A stretch of DNA of 64,000 nt from Planctomycetota bacterium (GCA_046290465.1 JBKAGP010000001.1:5376001-5440000); one strand, 5' to 3'; numbered from the stretch's first letter, positions 50,298-59,296 are shown. Notes: a model not told the origin generated them from the letters alone. Numbers and translations: made by a program.

Positions 50298-53228
50298 TTA
50301 CTTGCCGCGCAGTTCGGCCAGCTGCTGCTCGAGTCCGCTCAGCTCCTCGACCAGCTGCTCGTAGCGCTGGTAGGCGTGGTTGCCGGGGCGCTGGTCGGCG
50401 CGGTTGATCATCGAGCCGAGGTAGCGGATCTGCGACAGCAGCATCTGCTGGGGATAGGTCTGGCGCGCGTTGTTCAGCCGCGCCGCGATCGCGTCGAGTC
50501 TGGCGCCGCGCTCCTCGGACATCTGCGCGCGGGACAGGCTGCGCACGTCGCCGGCGAGCTTCGAGGCGCGCTGGCTCAGGGCCTGCACCTTCTCGACCAG
50601 GTCGATCTGCGCCTGCAGGTCGGCGCGCGTGATGCCCTCGGCCTTGACCCGCGGGTCGAGCTCGAGCGTGACGCGCTGGGCGCTCTCGCCGCCGTCATGG
50701 ATCAGCCGCAGCTCGTAGTCGCCCGGCAGCACCAGCGTGCTGCCCTCGCCGCGCAGGTTCCACACGTAGCGGTGGAAGCCCTTGCTGGCCGACAGGCCCC
50801 GACCTCGGCCGCCGCGGCGGAACGGGCCGCGCATGCCCTGGTCGCGGCGGCCGTTGCTGCCGCGTTCGCCGCTGGCGCGCACGGTGCGCACCAGGGTCGG
50901 GGTCGCCGTCGACAGGTCACGGATCTCGAGGCGCAGGCCCTGCACGTCCTCGGGCAGCACGTAGTGCACGTTGCAGCCCGAGCCCGACAGGCGCGAACGG
51001 ACCGTTCGCCGCGGTTCGAACATCGTGACGGTGCTGGCGTCGTAGCTGCGCAGGCCGCGCAGCGCCGATACGTCGTCGAGGATCCAGAACGAACGCCCCA
51101 TCGTCGAGAGCACCAGGTCGTCCTCGTGCACCAGCATGTCGGTGATCGGCGTGACCGGCAGGTTGAGCTGGAACGGCCGCCAGCTCGCGCCGGCGTCGAG
51201 CGAGACGTAGAGGCCCCATTCGGTGCCGAGGTAGACGACGTTCTGGTCCTGCGGGTCCTCGCGCACGACGCGCGTCGGGCAGTTGTCGGGCAGGCCGTTG
51301 GCGAGCCGCTTCCAGCTCTTGCCGAAGTCGGTGGTCTTGTAGACGTGCGACGACGGATCGCCCAGCTGGTAGCGCAGCACGCACGCGTAGGCCGTGCCGG
51401 CGTCGGCCCACGACGGTTCGATCGTCTGCACGCGGCCGCCCTTCGGCATGCTCGGGGTGACGTCGGTCCAGTTGCGGCCGTCGTCGCGGGTGACGTAGAT
51501 CGGCCCGTCGTTGGCGCCGGTCCAGATCACGCCGCGCTGCACCGGCGACTCGGCGATCTCGTAGAGCGTCGAGTAGTACTCCTCGCCGGTGATGTCGCGG
51601 GTGATCGGGTAGCCGCTGTCGACCTGCTTGTCGGCCTCGAACGCGGTCAGGTCCGGCGAGATCGTCTGCCAGGTCCTGCCGTCGTCGCGGGTGCGGTGCA
51701 GGTATTGCGAACCGTGGTAGACCGTGCCGGGATCGAACGGCGAGATCGAGATCGGCGCGACCCGCTGGAAGCGGTAGCGCAGGTCCTTCGGGTTGTGGCC
51801 GTAGAGGCTCTCGGCGCCGACGTAGTACTGCTGTTCCTGGCCGGTGCGGTGGTTGTAGACGCCGAAGCGGCCCTTGCAGTTGGCGTAGACGATGTCGTGG
51901 TCGTCCGGCTTGGGCACCGCCGGACCGGTCTCGCAGCCGCCGACCGACTCCCAGAATGAACCGACGCCGCCGGTCGCCGAATGCGGCGAGCGGCTCGGCA
52001 CGCGGATCGTGCTGTTGTCCTGCTGGCCGGCGTAGAGCCAGTACGGGAAGCGGCCGTCGACCGCGATCTGGTAGAGCTCGGCGGTCGGCTGGTTGGTCTG
52101 CCGCGACCAGGTCGCGCCGCCGTCCATCGTGACGTTGGCGCCGCCGTCGTTGCACTGCACCATCACCTTCGGGTTGGCCGGGTGGATCCATACCTCGTGG
52201 TTGTCGCCGTGCGGCGTGAAGCGCCGCCGCCAGCGCTTGCCGCCGTCGCTCGACTCCTGGTAGCCGGTCGCGCTGGCGAACAGGTGGTCGGCGTCGGTCG
52301 GGTCGCAGTCGAGGTTGCAGTAGTAGAACGGGCGATCGAGGATGCCGCGCTGGTTCGACACGAACGCGAAGGTCTCGCCGGCGTCGTCACTGCGGTAGAG
52401 GCCCGGTCGATCGAGTGCCTCGATCAGCACCCACAGCCGGTCCGGCTGCGCCGGCGACACCGCCAGGTCGCTCTTGCCGACCACGCCGGTCGGCAGGCCG
52501 CCGCCGAGCTGCTGCCACGCGTTGCCGCCGTCGGTGCTGCGCCACACGCCGCCCTGCGTGCCGCCGGACTTGATCGTCCACGGCTTGCGCTCGGCTTCCC
52601 ACATCGACGCGTAGATCACGTCGGGGTCGGCCGGGTGGAACTCGAGGTCGACGGCGCCGCAGGTCGACGAGACGCGGAACACCCGCTCCCAGCTGCTGCC
52701 GCCGTCCTTGCTGCGGTAGACGCCGCGTTCGTCGTTGGGTGCGAAGGCGTTGCCGATCGCGGCGACGAAGACGACGTCGTGGTCGGTCGGGTGGATCAGC
52801 ACCGCGCCGATCTGGCCGGTCTGCTCGAGGCCCATGCACCGCCAGGTCTTGCCGGCGTCGGTCGACTTGTAGACGCCGCGGCCGGGGATCACGTTGCTGC
52901 GCAGGCCGTCGGAGCCGGTGCCGACCCAGACCAGGTCGCCGTCGTCGTGGGCCACCGTGATCGCGCCGATCGACGGCGTCGAGAAGAACCCGTCCGAGAC
53001 GTTGCGCCAGCTGTTGCCGAAGTCGGTCGTCTTCCAGACGCCGCCGCCGGTCGCACCCATGTAGAAGGTGCCCATCGTGGTCGCGTCGCCGCAGACCGCG
53101 GTGACCCGGCCGCCGCGCGACGGGCCGACGTTGCGGAACCGCAGTTCGGACAGGTCGGGCAGCTGTTGGGCCGCGGTGGCGGCCGCCAGCACGGGCAGGA
53201 CGAGGGACGCGAGGATCGGGTGCTTCAT
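50298..53228 (-). CDS. BNR/VPS10-like repeat glycosyl hydrolase family protein
   Basis: FRNVGPSRGGRVTAV, repeated S.DGG.TW Asp-boxes, GQQDNS, ISPDLT, STMGRSFWILDD. Confidence 0.9.
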   Translation of the reverse strand: MKHPILASLVLPVLAAATAAQQLPDLSELRFRNVGPSRGGRVTAVCGDATTMGTFYMGATGGGVWKTTDFGNSWRNVSDGFFSTPSIGAITVAHDDGDLVWVGTGSDGLRSNVIPGRGVYKSTDAGKTWRCMGLEQTGQIGAVLIHPTDHDVVFVAAIGNAFAPNDERGVYRSKDGGSSWERVFRVSSTCGAVDLEFHPADPDVIYASMWEAERKPWTIKSGGTQGGVWRSTDGGNAWQQLGGGLPTGVVGKSDLAVSPAQPDRLWVLIEALDRPGLYRSDDAGETFAFVSNQRGILDRPFYYCNLDCDPTDADHLFASATGYQESSDGGKRWRRRFTPHGDNHEVWIHPANPKVMVQCNDGGANVTMDGGATWSRQTNQPTAELYQIAVDGRFPYWLYAGQQDNSTIRVPSRSPHSATGGVGSFWESVGGCETGPAVPKPDDHDIVYANCKGRFGVYNHRTGQEQQYYVGAESLYGHNPKDLRYRFQRVAPISISPFDPGTVYHGSQYLHRTRDDGRTWQTISPDLTAFEADKQVDSGYPITRDITGEEYYSTLYEIAESPVQRGVIWTGANDGPIYVTRDDGRNWTDVTPSMPKGGRVQTIEPSWADAGTAYACVLRYQLGDPSSHVYKTTDFGKSWKRLANGLPDNCPTRVVREDPQDQNVVYLGTEWGLYVSLDAGASWRPFQLNLPVTPITDMLVHEDDLVLSTMGRSFWILDDVSALRGLRSYDASTVTMFEPRRTVRSRLSGSGCNVHYVLPEDVQGLRLEIRDLSTATPTLVRTVRASGERGSNGRRDQGMRGPFRRGGRGRGLSASKGFHRYVWNLRGEGSTLVLPGDYELRLIHDGGESAQRVTLELDPRVKAEGITRADLQAQIDLVEKVQALSQRASKLAGDVRSLSRAQMSEERGARLDAIAARLNNARQTYPQQMLLSQIRYLGSMINRADQRPGNHAYQRYEQLVEELSGLEQQLAELRGK

Positions 53229-53340
53229 GGTGCGCGTTGGGAGAACGACGGGCCCGACGATAGGCGGGCTCGCAGCGACCGGCGGGGCGGATTCGTAACA
53301 AGCCCATCGCGTTCGCCCGTTCGGTCCCGTGGCGGACCGT

Positions 53341-53850
53341 TCACTCCCGCGGCGGCTTGTCGGCGATCCGGTCGACGAACGCGCGCAGCTCGTACATGTC
53401 CTCGCTGCCGAGCCCCTGGCCGATGAAGGCGGCGCCGTAGGTGAACAGCGCCAGCGCGACCGCGATCGGGGCCGCGACGAACGCCCACGGGGTCTGGTCG
53501 AGGATGATCTGCGCGCCGCCGTAGCTGACGCCGGCGATCGCGACGATCGTCAGCGTCAGGTAGATGGCGACGAAGCCGGTCCACACCGGACTGCTCGGAC
53601 AGAAGCGACCGTGCAGCACGTAGCCGTCGTCGCGTCGCTCGACGTCGAGGTGCAGCGCCGGGCTCCAGAAGTGCCGGTCCGGCTCGTGGCGTCGCAGGAT
53701 CGCGCCGCCGCCGGCGATGCCGTCGCCGAACATCGAACCGCGGCACGGCGCCTGCCCGCGCGTCAGCGCCAGGTCGAGGGCCTTGAAGAAGTCCTCGCCG
53801 GTGCCGGGGAGGTCCCGCGCGAAGCGGGGGCGCATGCGCGGCGTCGTCAT
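53341..53850 (-). CDS. Hypothetical membrane protein
   Basis: HFWSPALHL...GRFCPSSPVWT followed by two TM helices. Confidence 0.7.
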   Translation of the reverse strand: MTTPRMRPRFARDLPGTGEDFFKALDLALTRGQAPCRGSMFGDGIAGGGAILRRHEPDRHFWSPALHLDVERRDDGYVLHGRFCPSSPVWTGFVAIYLTLTIVAIAGVSYGGAQIILDQTPWAFVAAPIAVALALFTYGAAFIGQGLGSEDMYELRAFVDRIADKPPRE

Positions 53851-53965
53851 GGCAGGATTGTGCGGCGAGCGGCCCCGCGCGCGATCCGGACGATGGCGTA
53901 TACGCGCGAACCTTCGCGCGGGATTTCGTAACAGGGCCGCCGCCGCATCGACCTAAGCTGCTCCC

Positions 53966-55735
53966 GTGCTCCGAACGCTCCTCGCCCGCATCGCCCCGCA
54001 GAACGACGGCTGGCTGGCCGCGTTGTTCGGCGCCGGCACGGCCGGGGTGTGGCTGCCCGGGTCGCTGTTCGTCGGCACGTTCATCACCGAGGACCTGTCG
54101 TGCGTCGCGGCCGGGATCTTCGCCGCCGAGGGCCGCATCGACATCGTCACCGCGACGATCGCCTGCACGCTCGGCATCTGGCTCGGCGACATCGGCCTCT
54201 ACCTGATCGGCTGGCTGACCGCGCGCGGCCTGCTGCGCTGGGGCTGGGCGCGCCGCAAGATGGACCGGCTCGGCAACAGCTCGTGGCGGACCGCGTTCGA
54301 ACAGCACGGCAACAAGATCCTGTTCACGTCGCGGTTCCTGCCCGGCACGCGGGTGCCGAGCTACCTGGTCGCCGGTGCGATCGGCTTCTCGCTGCTGCGG
54401 TTCGCGACCGTGCTCGGCATCGCGGTCGTCATCTGGACGCCGCTGCTGGTCGGCGCCGCCGCGATCTCCGGCAAGGTCGTGCTCGACGTGCTCGAACAGT
54501 GGGGTGCCTACGCGTGGATCGCGGTGCCGTGCGCGCTGCTGGTCGCGTGGCTGGTGCTGCGTCTGCTGACGCTGCTGACGTCGTGGCGCGGCCGCCGGCT
54601 GCTGCTCGGGCGCTGGCGGCGAATGACGCGCTGGGAGTACTGGCCGCCGCTGTTCGTGTTCCCGCCGGTGGTGCTCGACCTGGTGCGCACCGCGATCGTG
54701 CATCGCACGCCGGCGGTGTTCACCGCGTGCAACCGCGGCATCCCGTTCGGTGGGCTGTTCGGCGAGTCGAAGGGCGACATCCTCGACCTGCTGCACGGCG
54801 ACGTCGGCGACGTCGGCGACGGCGGCGTGTCGGTCGCCGGCTACCGACGCCTGCGTCACGGCGCCACGATCGACGAACGGATGGCCGAGGTCCGGCCGTT
54901 CCTGGCTGCCGGCCGCTGCGTGCTGAAGCCCGACCAGGGCGAACGCGGCGCCGGCGTCGTGGTCGTGCGCAGCGAGGACGAGGCGCGCGTCTGGCTCGAG
55001 AGCTGCCCGCACGACGCGATCGTGCAGCAGTTCGTCGACGGCGCCGAGTTCGGCATCTCGTGGTGCCGCGACCCGGAGACCGGCCGCGGGCAGATCCACT
55101 CGATCACCCACAAGGTGCTGCCGGCGGTCGTCGGTGACGGCGAGGCGAGCCTCGAGGAGCTGATCCTCGGCGATCCGCGCCAGGTCGCGATGGCGCCGTT
55201 CCACCTGAAGAAGCAGGCGGCGCGGTTGCAGTGGGTGCCGGCCGCGGGCGAACGGGTGTCGCTCGGCGACCTCGGCACGCACGCGCGCGGGGCGACGTTC
55301 TACGACGTTCGCAGCCTCGCGACGCCGGCGCTGCACGCGGCGTTCGATCGCTACCTCGGCGACGTGCCCGAGGTCGACTTCGGCCGCTTCGACGTGCGCG
55401 CCCCCGACCGCGAGGCGGTCGCCGCAGGGCGCGGCATCCGCGTGCTCGAGTTCAACGGTGTGACCGGCGAGGCGACCCACGTCTACCAGCCGGGCTATCC
55501 GTGGTGGCGCGGGGTCCGCGACATGATCGCGCACCTGCGGCGGGCGAGCCGGATCGGGGCGGCCAACCGGCGGGCCGGCCACCGGCCGGCCACGATGCGG
55601 CAATTGTTCTCGGTGCTGTTCGATGCCTGGCGCCGGCCGGCGTTCGAATACGACGCCGCCGGGAGCAGGTCGGCGGAACCGGGCCCGGGCGGGGCCGTAT
55701 CCAACGCCCTTCCTCGAGACGCTCGCGGCGCTTAG
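53966..55735 (+). CDS. DedA/VTT-domain protein fused to an ATP-grasp-like domain
   Basis: TFITED, GDIGLY, SRFLPGTR (DedA); WEYWP, LKPDQGERGAGV, GRFDVR, VLEFNG (ATP-grasp). Confidence 0.82.
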   Translation: MLRTLLARIAPQNDGWLAALFGAGTAGVWLPGSLFVGTFITEDLSCVAAGIFAAEGRIDIVTATIACTLGIWLGDIGLYLIGWLTARGLLRWGWARRKMDRLGNSSWRTAFEQHGNKILFTSRFLPGTRVPSYLVAGAIGFSLLRFATVLGIAVVIWTPLLVGAAAISGKVVLDVLEQWGAYAWIAVPCALLVAWLVLRLLTLLTSWRGRRLLLGRWRRMTRWEYWPPLFVFPPVVLDLVRTAIVHRTPAVFTACNRGIPFGGLFGESKGDILDLLHGDVGDVGDGGVSVAGYRRLRHGATIDERMAEVRPFLAAGRCVLKPDQGERGAGVVVVRSEDEARVWLESCPHDAIVQQFVDGAEFGISWCRDPETGRGQIHSITHKVLPAVVGDGEASLEELILGDPRQVAMAPFHLKKQAARLQWVPAAGERVSLGDLGTHARGATFYDVRSLATPALHAAFDRYLGDVPEVDFGRFDVRAPDREAVAAGRGIRVLEFNGVTGEATHVYQPGYPWWRGVRDMIAHLRRASRIGAANRRAGHRPATMRQLFSVLFDAWRRPAFEYDAAGSRSAEPGPGGAVSNALPRDARGA

Positions 55736-55748
55736 GCTGCGCGCCAGG

Positions 55749-56333
55749 ATGATGGCGCCATCGACAGACGGAACCGACCAAGGCATGACGGGCGACGACA
55801 CGACCGGCGACGACACGACCGGCGAAGACATGACCGGCGCGGTCTGCGCTTCCCTCGAAGCGCTGGCCGCGCACGTGGCGGCGCTGCCGGCCGACGCGTA
55901 CGCCGAGACCACCCCGGAGCTCGCCGGCTCCAGCATCGGCATGCACGTGCGGCACTGCCTGGACCACTACGCGACGCTGCTGCAGGGCCTGCGCACCGGG
56001 CGCTTCGACTACGACCAGCGCGGCCGCGCCGTCGACGTCGAGTGCGATCGCGAGTGCGCGGCGAGGTGGGCCCGTTCGCTGCGCGACGACCTGGGGGCGA
56101 TCCTGCGCGACACTGACCTGACCAGCGCGGTCGACGTGCGCACCGCGTCGACGCCGAACGGCCAGGTCGACTGGCAGCGCTCGTCGGTCGGCCGCGAGCT
56201 GCAGTTCCTGGTCAGCCACACCGTGCACCACTCGGCGATGGTCGCGGCGAGCTGCCGGGTGCGCGGCTTGCCGGTGTCGGCCGACCACGGCGTGGCGCCG
56301 TCGACGCTGCGCCATCGCGCCGCCACCTCCTGA
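55749..56333 (+). CDS. DinB family protein
   Basis: SSIGMHVRHCLDHY, YDQRGR, SSVGRELQFLVSHTVHHSAM, GVAPST; start could instead be 55785 or 55830. Confidence 0.85.
   Translation: MMAPSTDGTDQGMTGDDTTGDDTTGEDMTGAVCASLEALAAHVAALPADAYAETTPELAGSSIGMHVRHCLDHYATLLQGLRTGRFDYDQRGRAVDVECDRECAARWARSLRDDLGAILRDTDLTSAVDVRTASTPNGQVDWQRSSVGRELQFLVSHTVHHSAMVAASCRVRGLPVSADHGVAPSTLRHRAATS
55785..55839. repeat. 15-bp tandem repeat (about 3.7 copies) encoding MTGDD-TTGDD-TTGED-MTG
   Basis: atgacgggcgacgac / acgaccggcgacgac / acgaccggcgaagac / atgaccggcg. Confidence 0.85.
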
Positions 56334-56366
56334 TTCGACGGCTCGCCCTTCCCGGGCAGGCCGTCC

Positions 56367-57497
56367 TCAGTCTCTGGCTTCGCGGTGATCGCTGGCTTCG
56401 CGATCGCGCCACGGTTCGTCGGCGCGGATCCTCGCGGCGAGCGTGTCGCGGTTGTGCTGCGACAGGCCGGCCAGCATGTGCTCGACGGCACCGCGGTGCG
56501 CGGCTGCGACCGGTCGGCCGGCGAGGTGCCGTTCAACGTGCCCGATCAGGGCGTCGTCGGCGCCGGCCGTGCGCCAGGCCGTGACCGCAAAGCCGTGGCG
56601 CGTGCCGCCTCCCAGCAGCGCGTCGCGATCGGTCCGCGACTCGTCGGTGTCGATCGCCCGCAGCTGCGCGAACAGCCGTTCGAGTGCGGCACCGGGAGCG
56701 CCGGGCTCGAGCGGCTCGGCGCGCAGGTCGGCAACCCGCGCCAGCTCGTGCATCTGCCACAGGTAGTCGATCTCGCCGCCGATGCGGTAGGCGGAGCACA
56801 GTTCGAACACGTGGTCGTGCACGGCGTGCATCGGAAAGCGCGGCGTCCGTCGCCGATCGATCGCCGGCTGCACGTCGGGGGCGCCCAGCTCCGCGTCCGG
56901 CAGGGTGCCGCCCGGCGGCAGCGCGAACGCGACGCGGGCCGCGAGCAGGGCGCCGCGCAGGGCGGCATCCTCGTGCCACGAGACGATCCGGTGCAGCTCG
57001 ACGAACGACGCCACCGCCGCCTGCTCGCCGACGTCGATCCAGGCGTTGGCGAGTGCCAGCACGCCGCGAGGGTCGGCCTCCGGCCAGCGTGGTGTGGTGC
57101 GCATCGCGCAGCGCAGCAGCTGGCGCAGCCGGTGCTCCGTCAGCAGCCCGCGCGGCAGCCGGCACGGCTCCGCGCCATTGCGTTCGACGACGACGCCGCG
57201 CGCGTCGATGTGCACCTGCCCGAGCGTCGGCAGCGTGCCATGGCCGTCGGTGCCGTAGCACCACTGCACGACGCCGCGGCCGGCGTCGCCGCGGCTGCGC
57301 GCATCGACGATGTCGTCCGGTGGGCCGAGCAGCTCCAGCACGCGCTCGTAGCGGTCGCCCTCGGCGAGCTGCGCCATCGCCGCGGCGAACTGCCAGCGAT
57401 CGGGCAGCGGCACGGCCGCCGTCGGTGTCGGCCTGGCCGCGCAGCCGGCCCAGACGGAGATGGCCAGCAGGGACAGGATGCGGGCTGCAGCGGTCAT
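56367..57497 (-). CDS. Hypothetical lipoprotein
   Basis: Lipobox WAGC; VLELLGPPD...WCYG (SmpA/BamE-like motif); TAGCAT 6 nt upstream of the ATG. Confidence 0.6.
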   Translation of the reverse strand: MTAAARILSLLAISVWAGCAARPTPTAAVPLPDRWQFAAAMAQLAEGDRYERVLELLGPPDDIVDARSRGDAGRGVVQWCYGTDGHGTLPTLGQVHIDARGVVVERNGAEPCRLPRGLLTEHRLRQLLRCAMRTTPRWPEADPRGVLALANAWIDVGEQAAVASFVELHRIVSWHEDAALRGALLAARVAFALPPGGTLPDAELGAPDVQPAIDRRRTPRFPMHAVHDHVFELCSAYRIGGEIDYLWQMHELARVADLRAEPLEPGAPGAALERLFAQLRAIDTDESRTDRDALLGGGTRHGFAVTAWRTAGADDALIGHVERHLAGRPVAAAHRGAVEHMLAGLSQHNRDTLAARIRADEPWRDREASDHREARD

Positions 57498-57583
57498 GCC
57501 GCGATGCTACCTCGTCGCGGCAGCGGCGGGTGTTCGCGGGCGGGATGCTCGGCTGGCGGCGAGGCTTCGGCGATACTGCGGCG

Positions 57584-58159
57584 ATGCCGTTCATCCGACA
57601 GGTTTCCGACGAGGAGGCGACCGGCGACTGCCGGCGCGAACTCGAGGCCACAAGGCAGCGCGCGGGCCGGGTCTGGAACATCGTGCGCATCATGACCCCC
57701 AACCCGGCGGTGTTGCGCGCGTCGATGCAGCTCTACCAGGCGGTGATGTACGGACCGTCGCAGCTGTCGCGCCGGTAGCGCGAGATGCTGGCGGTCGTCG
57801 TCAGCAAGGCCAACGGCTGCACCTATTGACTGCGCAGCCACGCCCACGACCTCCGTGCCGAGGTCGGTGACGAAGAAGGGGACGAGTGGGTCGAGGCGTT
57901 GGCGCGGGACTGGCGCGAGGTCCGGCTGGCACCGGCCGACGCGGCGCTGTGTGCGTTCGCCGACAGGTTGACGGCGAGCCCTTCGTCGATGGCGCAGAAC
58001 GACGTCGACGCGCTGCGCGCGGTCGGCTGGTCGGACGCCGCGATCCACGACGCGAGCCAGGTCGTCAGCTACTTCAACTACATCAACCGCATCGCCGACG
58101 CGCTGGGCGTCGAGCTCGAGACGTTCGTGCGCGCCTGGGGCGAAGGCGGGCCCGGCTAG
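57584..58159 (+). CDS. AhpD/carboxymuconolactone decarboxylase-family peroxidase-like selenoprotein (CxxU), with an additional in-frame TAG
   Basis: One continuous frame: MPFIRQV...LSRR(TAG 57776)REMLAVVVSKANGCTY(TGA 57827)LRSHAHDL...FADRLT...LRAVGWSDAAIHDA..VVSYFNYINRIADALGV. Confidence 0.8.
57844..57869 (+). promoter_or_regulatory. Bacterial SECIS-like hairpin
   Basis: CGACCTC-(CGUGCC)-GAGGTCG; loop starts 24 nt after the UGA and has G then U near its 5' side. Confidence 0.6.
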
Positions 58160-58160
58160 C

Positions 58161-58775
58161 TCAGGCCGCGCGGCTGCGGCCGAACAGGCGCGGCAGGAAG
58201 CGGCCGGTGCGCCGGTAGTACGGTGCGTACCGGTCGTGTTCCTGCAGCAGGCGGGCCTCCTCGTCGCGGGCGCTGCGCCGGTAGTACCACCACAGCATGA
58301 CCAGGTTGGCGACCAGCCAGACGGAGCCGGTCGCCAGCGCGAGACCGAGCAGCACCAGCTGGTTGGCGGTGTAGATCGGGTGCCGGATGCGCGCGTACGG
58401 TCCGGCCGTGACGATCGCGTGCGGCACGTAGCTGTCGTAGCACGGACTGTAGTGGCGGCCGAGTGCGCGGCGCGACAGGGCGAACATCAGGTAGCCGGCC
58501 GCGGCGACCGCCATGCCCGCGTAGATCGCCACGGGCGAGCGGTGCACGACCAGCCAGACGGCGTGGGGCGACAGCAGCGCGCCGAGGCCACAGACCAGCG
58601 TCGACGTCCGGATCCACGCGTAGACGGCCGCGAAGCCGCGCGGCGAGGGCATCGCCTCGCGGCTGCCGTCGGCGTAGTCGCGCGCCGCGTGGTCTCGCCG
58701 GTAGCTGCGCGCGGACAGCGCGCACAGCAGCAGCAGGAACGCCGCGGCGATCCACTCGTGCACGGAGGCGCTCAC
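58161..58775 (-). CDS. Isoprenylcysteine carboxylmethyltransferase (ICMT/PEMT) family membrane methyltransferase
   Basis: TM helices; LGRHYS, IVTAGPYARIRHPIY, EEARL, Y..Y...TGRFLP; GTGA overlap with upstream gene. Confidence 0.85.
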   Translation of the reverse strand: MSASVHEWIAAAFLLLLCALSARSYRRDHAARDYADGSREAMPSPRGFAAVYAWIRTSTLVCGLGALLSPHAVWLVVHRSPVAIYAGMAVAAAGYLMFALSRRALGRHYSPCYDSYVPHAIVTAGPYARIRHPIYTANQLVLLGLALATGSVWLVANLVMLWWYYRRSARDEEARLLQEHDRYAPYYRRTGRFLPRLFGRSRAA

Positions 58776-59296
58776 GCGATCGCCGCCTCGGCGTCCTCGA
58801 TCATGAAGATCGGCACCGTCGCGTGGATCTGCATCGAGCCCACCCGGGTGTCGACGACGGCGCGGCGGGCGCCGTTCGGCAGCCGCTTGACGCTGCGCAG
58901 CCACAGCTGCTGCACGAGGTCCTGCTCGTCCGCGATCAACGTCGGGATCTTCACGTCGATCTTGGTCGGCCACATCTTGAACTGCTCGGGGCCGTGCGGG
59001 TCGTAGTCGAGGTCGAACTCGCGGCACAGCGCCAGGTAGAGCATCTTCTGCGTGTGCGCGAGCGCGGTCAGGAAGATCAGGTGGCTCGGGCTGGCGAGCA
59101 TCGTGCTGTGGTAGGTGCGGTCGAAGTGCGCCTCGACGTAGCCGGGGCCGACGCGGTATTCGCGCACCTTCATCACTTCTTCCACCGGGCGGTCCGGCAT
59201 CACGTTGAAGCTGCAGCGGCAGTCGTGCAGCTCCTGGATCACCTCGAGGTCGAGGGCGGTCTCACAGTTGGGCATCGGGTCGTGCTCCTGGGTCAT
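58772..59296 (-). CDS. Hypothetical protein, possibly hotdog fold
   Basis: Codon-biased ORF; strand-helix-strands pattern (SPSHLIFLTALAHTQKM followed by beta-strands); fold is a guess. Confidence 0.6.
   Translation of the reverse strand: MTQEHDPMPNCETALDLEVIQELHDCRCSFNVMPDRPVEEVMKVREYRVGPGYVEAHFDRTYHSTMLASPSHLIFLTALAHTQKMLYLALCREFDLDYDPHGPEQFKMWPTKIDVKIPTLIADEQDLVQQLWLRSVKRLPNGARRAVVDTRVGSMQIHATVPIFMIEDAEAAIA

Noticed and set aside
53289..53933. Repeated TTCGTAACA on both sides of the small membrane gene as ECF promoter or insertion boundary
   Set aside because: Only 9 bp, spacing to a -35 element is off, one copy points antisense, and no mobile-element genes are present.
57776..57829. Genome-wide alternative genetic code
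   Set aside because: TAG and TGA terminate many genes at their expected ends in this window; the in-frame stops are confined to one gene.
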